NCBI GenBank assembly: GCA_027482685.1
Contig: JAIXVU010000003.1
Span: 1 to 36,064 of the forward strand
Source of the DNA: a bacterium
GTDB taxonomy: Bacteria; Patescibacteriota; Minisyncoccia; Phycocordibacterales; UBA5272
Length of the DNA: 36,064 nucleotides
Direction: 5' to 3'
Below are positions 1-8,019 of the stretch, in pieces; position 1 is the stretch's first letter, and each line of letters begins with the position of its first letter. The notes beneath the pieces were generated by a model, which was given only the letters and a program-made list of their open reading frames with translations, made no database searches and was not told the DNA's origin. The position numbers and the translations under genes were made by a program.

Positions 1-242
1 CGTATACCAGCCTCTGATGCTTCAAGCCCATACGCAGCACCCCGTACCCATACAAATGATGCTGCCCCTACACACGCAACCAACCCTAACGTCCAAAGGA
101 AGTTGATAGATGCGGCAAAGGAGATAACTTGGCCAACACCATATGTTGCTGTTGGAATAATTGAATCCGGTATCTGCCCAAAGAAACCTCCTTCAAGAAA
201 TGTATATGACACTGATTGAGGTGGAGGTGTTGTTGGAGGCAT
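1..242 (-). CDS. Pilin-like (VirB2/TrbC-like) membrane protein, 5' part only; runs off the window edge
   Basis: Not in the ORF track. Hand translation from ATG at 242: MPPTTPPPQSVSYTFLEGGFFGQIPDSIIPTATYGVGQVISFAASINFLWTLGLVACVGAASFVWVRGAAYGLEASEAGIR..., with no stop. A hydrophobic helix followed by 'G..Y...S..G' resembles VirB2-like pilins of CPR clusters. It lies directly downstream of the VirB4 operon genes. Confidence 0.5.
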   Translation of the reverse strand, partial: MPPTTPPPQSVSYTFLEGGFFGQIPDSIIPTATYGVGQVISFAASINFLWTLGLVACVGAASFVWVRGAAYGLEASEAGI

Positions 243-265
243 AAAAGGGTAAGAAGGTATACCAA

Positions 266-1243
266 TTATTTTCTTGTATCAAAAATAAGCTCGATATCTG
301 CTTGTGCTCTTTGTAGAGTGCGAGTAGTACTATTAGCACGAAGAGATAAACGCTTTGTCCCAAAGCTGTTTTCTTTTGGGCGTAGTGTGAGAAGGGTCTT
401 TTCTTGAGGGGTTACAGGAAGACCATCTAAGAGCCATAGATAGTCTGTCTTTTGGTCAAGATTATTTCTTGTTGATAGAAAATACGGGACAAACGATATG
501 GTGAAGTCCTTAGAAGCTTCTAATCGATTTGTAAACATTCTTTCATATTTTGTTCCTAGAATTTCGTCGTATAGATATACAGCAGGAATAACAGCGCGTG
601 GGTAGATGTCCATCTTTTTTTCGGCAACACCGCCTAGAGTAGACCTTACACGAACTTTTACTTGAGTGAAGTCGCTTAAAATATCAAGTGGGATAAATGC
701 GACCTGTCTACCAGTGCCTGAGAATTGTTCGAGGTAGGTATCGTTACCATACCAGAGAAATGATAAGTTCTGAGGGCTAACCTGCACACCTCCGTCGCTA
801 AAGTTTGGAAGAGCGGTTACTTTTATTATTGAACCCTCTCCTGGTAAAGCCTTTCCTTCGTAAAATGGAGGCACAAAACTCTCCACACTCTCCCATACAA
901 GTTCAACACTTTGTGGAGACAATGCTGCTGAAGACTCAAGTACCTCACCGTCTCTGGTGGAGACTTTTGCTACTATCGAAACTATTTTTCCGATAGCACC
1001 TGTTACGACTTGTATCTTTTTTACACCCAGACCGGCAGTAAATGGTACACCGTTTACTGACCACTCTATGTATGCGGTGTTTACATCAAATGAGTAACTC
1101 TCTACAGATACAGTTACTTGTTCAAACGGCCCAGGAGCTTCTGGTGAAAAAGTGAGTCCAAGTTGACTATCTGCAGCGTACACAGAAAAAGGGATAAGAA
1201 TAAGTAGTGAGACGATTATTTTTTTGTAAATATAAGAGAACAT
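266..1243 (-). CDS. Exported beta-rich (Ig-like) protein of the T4SS-like cluster
   Basis: Signal peptide ending VYA-A. Three similarly built segments (IEWSVNG, FLWYGND, YLWLLDG) suggest tandem Ig-like folds. Starts 2 nt after the VirB4 stop. Confidence 0.65.
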   Translation of the reverse strand: MFSYIYKKIIVSLLILIPFSVYAADSQLGLTFSPEAPGPFEQVTVSVESYSFDVNTAYIEWSVNGVPFTAGLGVKKIQVVTGAIGKIVSIVAKVSTRDGEVLESSAALSPQSVELVWESVESFVPPFYEGKALPGEGSIIKVTALPNFSDGGVQVSPQNLSFLWYGNDTYLEQFSGTGRQVAFIPLDILSDFTQVKVRVRSTLGGVAEKKMDIYPRAVIPAVYLYDEILGTKYERMFTNRLEASKDFTISFVPYFLSTRNNLDQKTDYLWLLDGLPVTPQEKTLLTLRPKENSFGTKRLSLRANSTTRTLQRAQADIELIFDTRK

Positions 1244-1245
1244 GG

Positions 1246-3075
1246 TTATATAACTTTTGTTTCTTTTTTGGAGTTTGCAAGTTCTTCTTTCATTTCTTTA
1301 ATTTGAAGTAATTGCGATGGATCACTTGTAATAATTTGATCCTCAGTGTATGAGGCAACAACTTTGATAGCAACGTGCTTAAGGCCCGCAAAGAATATCC
1401 CCTCACCAACCCCAGATTCAAGCAAGAGATATTTTTCTTCATCAGTTAGATTAAACGTCTTTTGAACAATATCAATAGACGACGGTGATTGTTTAAGGAG
1501 AAGCTGAATTGATGAGTTGGTAATAATAGGAAGTCCATATGGTGACTTTAGAAAATCCCCAACGTCTTGTGTTATTGTGGTGAGTCCAAGATAGTACTTT
1601 CGTCCACGCTTAGCAAGTCCAAAGAGGAATGATGCCGTGTCATCATTTTTCATCATTATCCAGGCTTCATCAACAATGAGTATTCTTTTTTTAATATTTT
1701 TACGAACAGCGTTCCATATATAGTGGGTGATGATGTACATCGCAACAGGCTTAAGCTCATCTTCCATATCACGAATTGAGAAGCAGACAAGCTTTTTATT
1801 AATATCAACATTTGAAGGTTGGTTGATAAAACCAGACCATGTTCCGCGTGTATATTTGGAAAGTCTTTGCATAATACTATCTGCCCCATCTATACCACCT
1901 AACACCGTTTCAAAATCAGAAAGAAGAGGTGGCTCAAGCATAGTAAAATCTGCATCACCTGATATGTCTTTAAGGGCGTATGTCTCAGTAATTGCCTGAT
2001 CGATAATAGCGTCTTCTTCAGGGGTTAAGCCTCCCAACATAACACGGAAAAGGCCAACAAGTGTTACGATGTTTGATCGAAGCACCTCAGAAGGTGACTC
2101 ATCTTCTGTTGGATGAGGAAGATCAAATGGATTAATGTGGTGATCACTTGTTAGAGAGATATCAAAGTAACGACCACCGACAGATTCAGCAAGATATTCA
2201 TACTCTCGCTCAGGGTCGATAATCATCACCTCGGTATCAAACATGAGCGTGCGAAGAATCTCAAGTTTTGTAGTATAACTTTTACCAGAACCAGATTTTG
2301 CAAATACTATTGAGTTATAGTTTTCAAGCGAGAAACGATCAAACAAAATAAGTGAACCATTATGCCTGTTTAGTCCATATAAGATTCCACTATCAGAAGA
2401 GAGATCAGATGACACAAAAGGAAAAAACGAAGACAGTGGAGAGGTGTTGAGCTTATTCTTTATTTGAAGAAGGTCTTGCCCAAGCGGAAGCGTTGAAAGA
2501 AAACCCGTGTCTTGTTGAAATAGTGCCGGCTTTACGTACACAAGGCGGCTTTCTAATATATTTTTTATTTCATTTTCTACCTTGTTAAGCTCCTCCTCTG
2601 TCTGGCCATAAATAGAAATATACAAAGACACTTCAAACATTTTTTCTTGTGCTTGGGTTAAGCCATCACGTAAGTCCTCTAGGTCTTTATATGCAACATC
2701 AAGCGTTGGGTCACGAACCATCCCCTTTTCTTCACGTATTAGTATCTGACTTTCTACTTCAGCAACCTTACGTTGAAAGCCTTTCATTACTTCTGCGGTA
2801 TCAAGAGGTACTATATGAATAGCAACATCAAAAACTTTATCTAAGTTGATAACAGGACTTAACCAATTATCAGTAAGGTAACGTGGATATGAAATGACAA
2901 AGTATGAACGAACGATATTTGTGCCTAAGTTAATAGCTTTAGGCTGTATACCAAGAGCAGATGGAGCAATAATATCCTTAAGCTGCATTTCGGCAACTCT
3001 GTATACCTGTTCTGGGAGAAGAGGTGACACCGTATCGTCTTTTTTTGTGGTTTTCAGGAAGTCTAGTAATGACAT
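1246..3075 (-). CDS. virB4: VirB4/TraE-like type IV secretion ATPase
   Basis: Walker A AKSGSGKS, IIDPEREY, INPFD, Walker B ILIVDEAW, and the RGRKY...TITQ motif typical of VirB4-family ATPases. Adjacent to a PrgI-like gene. Confidence 0.9.
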   Translation of the reverse strand: MSLLDFLKTTKKDDTVSPLLPEQVYRVAEMQLKDIIAPSALGIQPKAINLGTNIVRSYFVISYPRYLTDNWLSPVINLDKVFDVAIHIVPLDTAEVMKGFQRKVAEVESQILIREEKGMVRDPTLDVAYKDLEDLRDGLTQAQEKMFEVSLYISIYGQTEEELNKVENEIKNILESRLVYVKPALFQQDTGFLSTLPLGQDLLQIKNKLNTSPLSSFFPFVSSDLSSDSGILYGLNRHNGSLILFDRFSLENYNSIVFAKSGSGKSYTTKLEILRTLMFDTEVMIIDPEREYEYLAESVGGRYFDISLTSDHHINPFDLPHPTEDESPSEVLRSNIVTLVGLFRVMLGGLTPEEDAIIDQAITETYALKDISGDADFTMLEPPLLSDFETVLGGIDGADSIMQRLSKYTRGTWSGFINQPSNVDINKKLVCFSIRDMEDELKPVAMYIITHYIWNAVRKNIKKRILIVDEAWIMMKNDDTASFLFGLAKRGRKYYLGLTTITQDVGDFLKSPYGLPIITNSSIQLLLKQSPSSIDIVQKTFNLTDEEKYLLLESGVGEGIFFAGLKHVAIKVVASYTEDQIITSDPSQLLQIKEMKEELANSKKETKVI

Positions 3076-3083
3076 ATATAAAA

Positions 3084-3719
3084 TTATTTATCTTGGTTAA
3101 GCTTAGGCGCGGCATGATCCTGCTCCCCTGGGTTGAAGAGTTTATAAAAAAGTTCAATAGCTTCCTCGGTGCCTAGTTTCTGTCCGCGCAATCCAAAACG
3201 AGTAAGTCCTTGCGTAACAGTCGCTATGCGCTGTTCAAGTTGTATGCGCGCTGTGTCAAAAGCGCTGTCTTGTGCGAGATTATCTCCACTTGTACCAAAA
3301 GACATAAGCGACGAACTTTTTTGTGCGGTTCCTGCAGCAATATATGGAACTACAATAAAGAAATGCTTTGTCATGATATTTGTCTCTTCTGCAAATCGTG
3401 TGATAAATCCCATATATTCTTTTATTTGTATCTTAAGTAGATCCTCAACAACTTCATCGCTGCGAGCTTGAAGAAGCTCAATATAGGGCTTAATGTTCAG
3501 TTTGCGAGACTGAATGAAAAATTCAACAGGAAAATCAAGTGAGTTAAGAAAGTTTTGGAATTGTGAAAGAACTGCCTGCTGTTCATCCTCGCTTTTAAGA
3601 GCAAGGTTAAGAGATGAGGTGATGATGATAGAACGAAGCTCCCCGGTTTTTAGAACAATAATTCCATCACGAACACGTTCAATAGGTACAAATTGTTGAG
3701 TTGCTACACCGCTTGCCAT
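3084..3719 (-). CDS. VirB4/TraC N-terminal-domain-like protein
   Basis: 'DGIIVLKTG...SSLNLALKSEDEQQAVLSQFQNFLNSLDFPVEFFIQSRKLNI' and 'KHFFIVVPY' resemble the N-terminal region of monoderm conjugative TraE/VirB4 proteins. Lies between the PrgI-like gene and virB4. Confidence 0.7.
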   Translation of the reverse strand: MASGVATQQFVPIERVRDGIIVLKTGELRSIIITSSLNLALKSEDEQQAVLSQFQNFLNSLDFPVEFFIQSRKLNIKPYIELLQARSDEVVEDLLKIQIKEYMGFITRFAEETNIMTKHFFIVVPYIAAGTAQKSSSLMSFGTSGDNLAQDSAFDTARIQLEQRIATVTQGLTRFGLRGQKLGTEEAIELFYKLFNPGEQDHAAPKLNQDK

Positions 3720-3744
3720 ATATAGTTAGTATACAGCAAAAAAA

Positions 3745-4209
3745 TTATTTTACTTTGTTATCTTGTGAGTTGTGGTCAAGAACATCAAGTCCAAGAGAGA
3801 GGTCGTGGAGTTTATCTTGGTCTATTTTCTTAACTTCTATTTCTTTTTGAGTATCAACTAATACTTTTTCTCCAGCTGTAGTGAGCGTAGAAGCTGCGAC
3901 CGGCTGTTGTGTATCTGGAGCACTCGGAGTAGGTTGTTTCCATGTGTAGATCTTACTATTTGTATAATAACTAAAAGCGTTTTCTAGAATATCTCCAAAA
4001 GGTCTGTTGTTGATTTTTATAAAAGCAAGCGCAAGGAAAAGTGCGACGATTGGCACAATAAGAAGAATCGCTAGAATTTTAATTGGTACAAATGTCCAGA
4101 TAAGAAATGCCATCCCCCCTGCACCAAGAACATAACCAAACTGTTTAAGCGTAAGAGGGCCTATGATCTTGTCCTCCATGTCAATGAATTGTGGAACACG
4201 AAATTGCAT
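3745..4209 (-). CDS. PrgI-family membrane protein (VirB3 analogue)
   Basis: Start reassigned to ATG 4209: MQFRVPQFIDMEDKIIGPLTLKQF is the PrgI-type N-terminus, followed by two TM helices and 'AFIKINNRPF'. TATACT lies 6 nt upstream of this ATG. Confidence 0.85.
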   Translation of the reverse strand: MQFRVPQFIDMEDKIIGPLTLKQFGYVLGAGGMAFLIWTFVPIKILAILLIVPIVALFLALAFIKINNRPFGDILENAFSYYTNSKIYTWKQPTPSAPDTQQPVAASTLTTAGEKVLVDTQKEIEVKKIDQDKLHDLSLGLDVLDHNSQDNKVK

Positions 4210-4297
4210 GTATACAGTATAAGGGAGAAAAGCAAAAGAGAGAAGCTTGAGGTAACGTGGGTAAAAATTGCACAACCCTTCTTTTTCAGTATATTTA

Positions 4298-5047
4298 CTA
4301 GTCTTCTGATATTTCTCTATATGGATCAACGTTATATTTTGTTGGAGCTGTACTGTATGGCGCTGTCTGTTTGACTGCTTGTACGGCTTTGTCAGCATTT
4401 TCTCCGAAATCATATGCCTTTACAAGGACTGTTTGTCGAATTATCGGAGTATCCCCTTTAGCCTCTTCTTTTGACTGTATGTTTGCTAGTTGTTCTTGGA
4501 TATGTTTGAGACGACTCTCAACTTCTTCATCGTTTGGAATTGTACCGAGAACTTGTAGTTGCTCAAGGAGCTGATTACGAGATCCGGGAGTGATGACTGA
4601 TGCTTTTTTTGCAGGTTCGCCTGATGATTGAGGTGTTGTAAGAGCTGATTCACGTTTAGTGGTATCAAGTAGTTCTTTGCGCAATGCCTCGTCTTTGTTG
4701 TTTCCTTTGAAGGTTAACTCTGCAACAGGCTCCTTACCTATAATAAGGGAGCGAACTTTTTGGAATATACCTTTTTCAAGATCTTCCCCTACGCTTTTAG
4801 CGGTATCTTCTGGAAGTAACACCATCTCATGGAGCGCCTTCACAACATTTTCTGGTTGAAGTGCATCAACAAGAACAAAAGCAATTACATTTGATAATGC
4901 TATATAGGACCCAACAGGGATTTTGTACTTTTCTGCTATGTTTGTTGTTACTGTGTCGATTTCTCCACTCTTAAAGATATCCTTCACAATAGGATTTGCT
5001 TGGTCAAACATCTCAAGAGCATTTGTTGCTACATAGGAAGGGTACAT
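4298..5047 (-). CDS. Hypothetical cytoplasmic protein (249 aa) with a C-terminal DPYRE motif
   Basis: Start reassigned to ATG 5047 (MYPSYVATN...), 4 nt after the upstream stop. The longer ORF-track start overlaps the VirB6-like gene by 230 nt. Ends ...YNVDPYREISED. Confidence 0.7.
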   Translation of the reverse strand: MYPSYVATNALEMFDQANPIVKDIFKSGEIDTVTTNIAEKYKIPVGSYIALSNVIAFVLVDALQPENVVKALHEMVLLPEDTAKSVGEDLEKGIFQKVRSLIIGKEPVAELTFKGNNKDEALRKELLDTTKRESALTTPQSSGEPAKKASVITPGSRNQLLEQLQVLGTIPNDEEVESRLKHIQEQLANIQSKEEAKGDTPIIRQTVLVKAYDFGENADKAVQAVKQTAPYSTAPTKYNVDPYREISED

Positions 5048-5051
5048 AATG

Positions 5052-7922
5052 TTATGAGGTTCCTCGTGGGTTAGTTGATGTAGTTGTTGGTGCTGGTGTA
5101 GGTGCTGAAGGGGTGGCAGTAGCATTTGTAGGTGGAAGAGTTTGATTGTAAACACCATCATTTTCTGCAGACCTGTTCTTTGCGTCAATGAATGAGCGGT
5201 CTTGACCACCCTCTGCGCTACTAGCAAGTGCTCTTTGAATAAAGCTAACTTTTGTTGGATCAAAAGTAGCCATAACAGCACCCGCGCTTTGTGTTTTCAT
5301 ACGAGACTCTGCCCCTGTTTGTGATTCAAGTGTAAGTTCTGGTTCTGGTATATTAGTATTTGAAGAGGCTTGTTGTTGCGCTGCTCTCTTTCGATCTACT
5401 GCTGGAACGTTGGTATTACCTTGCCCTGCCCAAGGAGTGTTAGTGTTAGAATCTTGACCTGGTTGTTGCGCTTCCGCTTTACGATCTGCTACGGGAATAT
5501 TAGTATCACCTTGCTCTGCCCGTGCGTTATTCGTTACCCCTGCTTGCGTAGCGGATGTTGCACTAGTTACCTGAGGACTCTTACCATTAATTTTATCTTG
5601 AACAGCTTGACGAAGATCATCATCTGTAATATCAGCAACGAATTTATCTTGTTCATCTGCTGTTTTTCTTGTTTTAGCTTGTTCAAAAGCACGGTCAACC
5701 TGCTTTAGGAAAGTCGCATCATCTTCGTCTTTCTCTTTTCTTATCTTTTCTATTGTTTCTATAATAGCTTGAGCGTATTCCCCACGCATCATCGGATCTA
5801 TTTTCTTGACCTTTTCCTCCTCTGCTTTTAGATTTTTTGCAAATATTTCTTTTTCTTCTTTTGTATTTTTCTTGCCTGTTACTTCGTTGACTCTATAATT
5901 ATTTAGTATCTTACTAACGCTTGCGTCTATACTTTGACGCTCTTCTTTTAGAGTTTGTTCATTTGCCTTTTCAAAGATATCGTTATTAGCCTTTTTATTG
6001 AGAATTGTTTTTTCAGCTCTACTATATGCTCTTGTTAGTGGGCTTCTTCCTACCACTGTTCCGCCTTGTGCTCCTCTGAACTTTGCTGCAGCTTTAATCC
6101 CATCCTCATCTATATCACCCTTTCTGTGGAGTAGCTCTCCTGTTTTTTTATCATACACATCTTCTTTATATGTCTGCTGTATACGACCGTAACGAGTTGC
6201 AAAATCTTTTCTTCTGTTTTCTATTGAAGCTTCATACCCAAACTTAGACCCCATACCCATACTGATACCTAGCTTGCTAGCGCCACTTTTAACAAGCGAT
6301 GTGTTTCTTGCATCATATGTGCTTGTTGCAACAGAATTACTTAGGTCATACGCACGACGCCCTATGAAACCATTTTGGTTATTTGTTACCCACTTGCTGT
6401 CGCGTACCGCTGCGGCACCACGACCTATCGTGCCACGAGCAATAAGGCCGGCTCCTCCAGTTGCGACACCAAGAGTAGCAGTCGTTGCGAAGCCTCCTAC
6501 TTGCCCCATGGTTTTTGTCATAAAGTTACCGAATGATCCAGCGACCTCTTTTGTAACTTTAAGAGTAATATGAAGCATCCCAAGCATCATAATAATATTG
6601 AGAAATACAAGAAGCGTGTCAGGAGAACCATTTTGAAGAGCTACCGGCCTATTGAATATATCCAAGAACTTAAGAGTAAGCGCTAGCATGAGCATAAACA
6701 CCGGCGCTACAATTAGTTGAGAGAAGAATAGCTGGCGAAGTTTCACCGCTTGATCTCCGAGCTTGGGTATCACACTGTCTACGAAAAGTATTGGAGATGC
6801 AACAATAAGAAACACAAGAGCAATTGTTCTCATGATGAGTATCCCCGTTGCAATCGCAAAGATATAACATGCGTAGAGTATGAACACAAGGACAAGTATT
6901 GCATTTGGAACACTGTCAACTTGTTTCAAAATATCCGCACTCCCTGGTCCTCCTGCTTGCCTACCTACTGTACTGTTATCTCCTGTAGCTGATGACAGTA
7001 ACCCAGCTAAGCCTAATTTTAGAATAATAATACCGCCAGCTGTACTTCTTTCGGAGATGGGGTTGTTACCAGCAGCAAGGGTCTCTGATCCTATAGCACT
7101 AGCATAAATGTTAAGTGACACAACATTTGAAATATCAACTAGTCCACGCGTGAGAGGATATGAGAAGTTCACGAATAGTCCAAACATAATAATCCATGGA
7201 ACGTATCGCTTGAACTTGTCTCCATTTCCTATAATATACATGAACCCAAGCCATAATCCTGCAAAGACTACAAAGAGCGAGACTATCTGACGTATTATTG
7301 TCCAGATAGGATAGAGACTATCCGGTGCCCATGTGCTGAAGTTAAGTATGCCTTGCTGTATCACCAGGTTAAGGAGCCCAGCTGTCGCCCATAAGAACAC
7401 CCCAGCAATTTGGATAAAAATACTTTTAATTATCCATGCAAAGAATACATCAACACAATCTAAAAAACTTGAGGTTAGAATAAAAGTACACTTCCCTGAC
7501 ACATCCCCAGGAGAGGGGTCCGTAACAGCACTCGCCCCCGGTGCAAATTCTGCATTATTTGTACTTCCGCCCCCGGCGTTATCTGCGGAGACATTCTGTG
7601 CCGCGCGCAATCTTTGAACCCTATCACGTATATCAACTGGAAGAGTGTTTAAATCAAGAGTTCTATTGGCGGCAGCAGTTTGAATGGCCCCATATTGAGT
7701 GTTTAGATATCCTCGTAATTGTGGAGGAAATCCAGAAGGTGTAAATGTGGCTGCGGTGGTGTCTGCTGGGTCAGCCATCAATCGTATCCTTTGGTCAATT
7801 ACAGTGTTAATAACCGCTTGTTCTGTAGCTGTTTGCGCGTGTGTATATTCCGGGGAGAAAAATGTAAAAGTAATACCTAAAAAAATGATACAAGGAATAA
7901 CGAAAGCAGAGAGCCATTTCAT
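5052..7922 (-). CDS. VirB6/TrbL-like polytopic membrane protein with long charged C-terminal extension
   Basis: Signal peptide. Multi-TM core with 'WTIIRQIVSLF', 'LFVNFSYPLTRGLVDISN', 'RTIALVFLIVASPILF', 'APVFML'. Gly/Ala-rich segment, then a coiled-coil and low-complexity tail. T4SS context. Confidence 0.75.
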   Translation of the reverse strand: MKWLSAFVIPCIIFLGITFTFFSPEYTHAQTATEQAVINTVIDQRIRLMADPADTTAATFTPSGFPPQLRGYLNTQYGAIQTAAANRTLDLNTLPVDIRDRVQRLRAAQNVSADNAGGGSTNNAEFAPGASAVTDPSPGDVSGKCTFILTSSFLDCVDVFFAWIIKSIFIQIAGVFLWATAGLLNLVIQQGILNFSTWAPDSLYPIWTIIRQIVSLFVVFAGLWLGFMYIIGNGDKFKRYVPWIIMFGLFVNFSYPLTRGLVDISNVVSLNIYASAIGSETLAAGNNPISERSTAGGIIILKLGLAGLLSSATGDNSTVGRQAGGPGSADILKQVDSVPNAILVLVFILYACYIFAIATGILIMRTIALVFLIVASPILFVDSVIPKLGDQAVKLRQLFFSQLIVAPVFMLMLALTLKFLDIFNRPVALQNGSPDTLLVFLNIIMMLGMLHITLKVTKEVAGSFGNFMTKTMGQVGGFATTATLGVATGGAGLIARGTIGRGAAAVRDSKWVTNNQNGFIGRRAYDLSNSVATSTYDARNTSLVKSGASKLGISMGMGSKFGYEASIENRRKDFATRYGRIQQTYKEDVYDKKTGELLHRKGDIDEDGIKAAAKFRGAQGGTVVGRSPLTRAYSRAEKTILNKKANNDIFEKANEQTLKEERQSIDASVSKILNNYRVNEVTGKKNTKEEKEIFAKNLKAEEEKVKKIDPMMRGEYAQAIIETIEKIRKEKDEDDATFLKQVDRAFEQAKTRKTADEQDKFVADITDDDLRQAVQDKINGKSPQVTSATSATQAGVTNNARAEQGDTNIPVADRKAEAQQPGQDSNTNTPWAGQGNTNVPAVDRKRAAQQQASSNTNIPEPELTLESQTGAESRMKTQSAGAVMATFDPTKVSFIQRALASSAEGGQDRSFIDAKNRSAENDGVYNQTLPPTNATATPSAPTPAPTTTSTNPRGTS
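5341..5520 (-). repeat. Two imperfect ~90-bp (30-aa) tandem repeats in the tail of the VirB6-like gene
   Basis: AEQGDTNIPVADRKAEAQQPGQDSNTNTP versus AGQGNTNVPAVDRKRAAQQQASSNTNIP. DNA offset is 90 nt (5421 ttgccctgcc versus 5511 ttgctctgcc). Confidence 0.85.
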
Positions 7923-7928
7923 ACGTGT

Positions 7929-7937
7929 AGTGTATCA
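7929..7937 (-). promoter_or_regulatory. Extended -10 promoter (TG-A-TACACT) 6 nt before the ATG of the VirB6-like gene; probably leaderless
   Basis: Minus strand reads atatgaTACACTacacgtATG; no Shine-Dalgarno sequence. Confidence 0.55.
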
Positions 7938-7948
7938 TATAGAAGGCC

Positions 7949-7975
7949 AAGAAATCCCCTATTACGTAAGGGGAT
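7949..7975 (-). terminator. Probable intrinsic terminator after the TrbJ-like gene
   Basis: Minus strand atcccct-tacgtaat-aggggat followed by ttctt. Confidence 0.45.
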
Positions 7976-8019
7976 ATCTCGATATTTTTACACAATACTT
8001 TTAGCGCACGATATAGATA

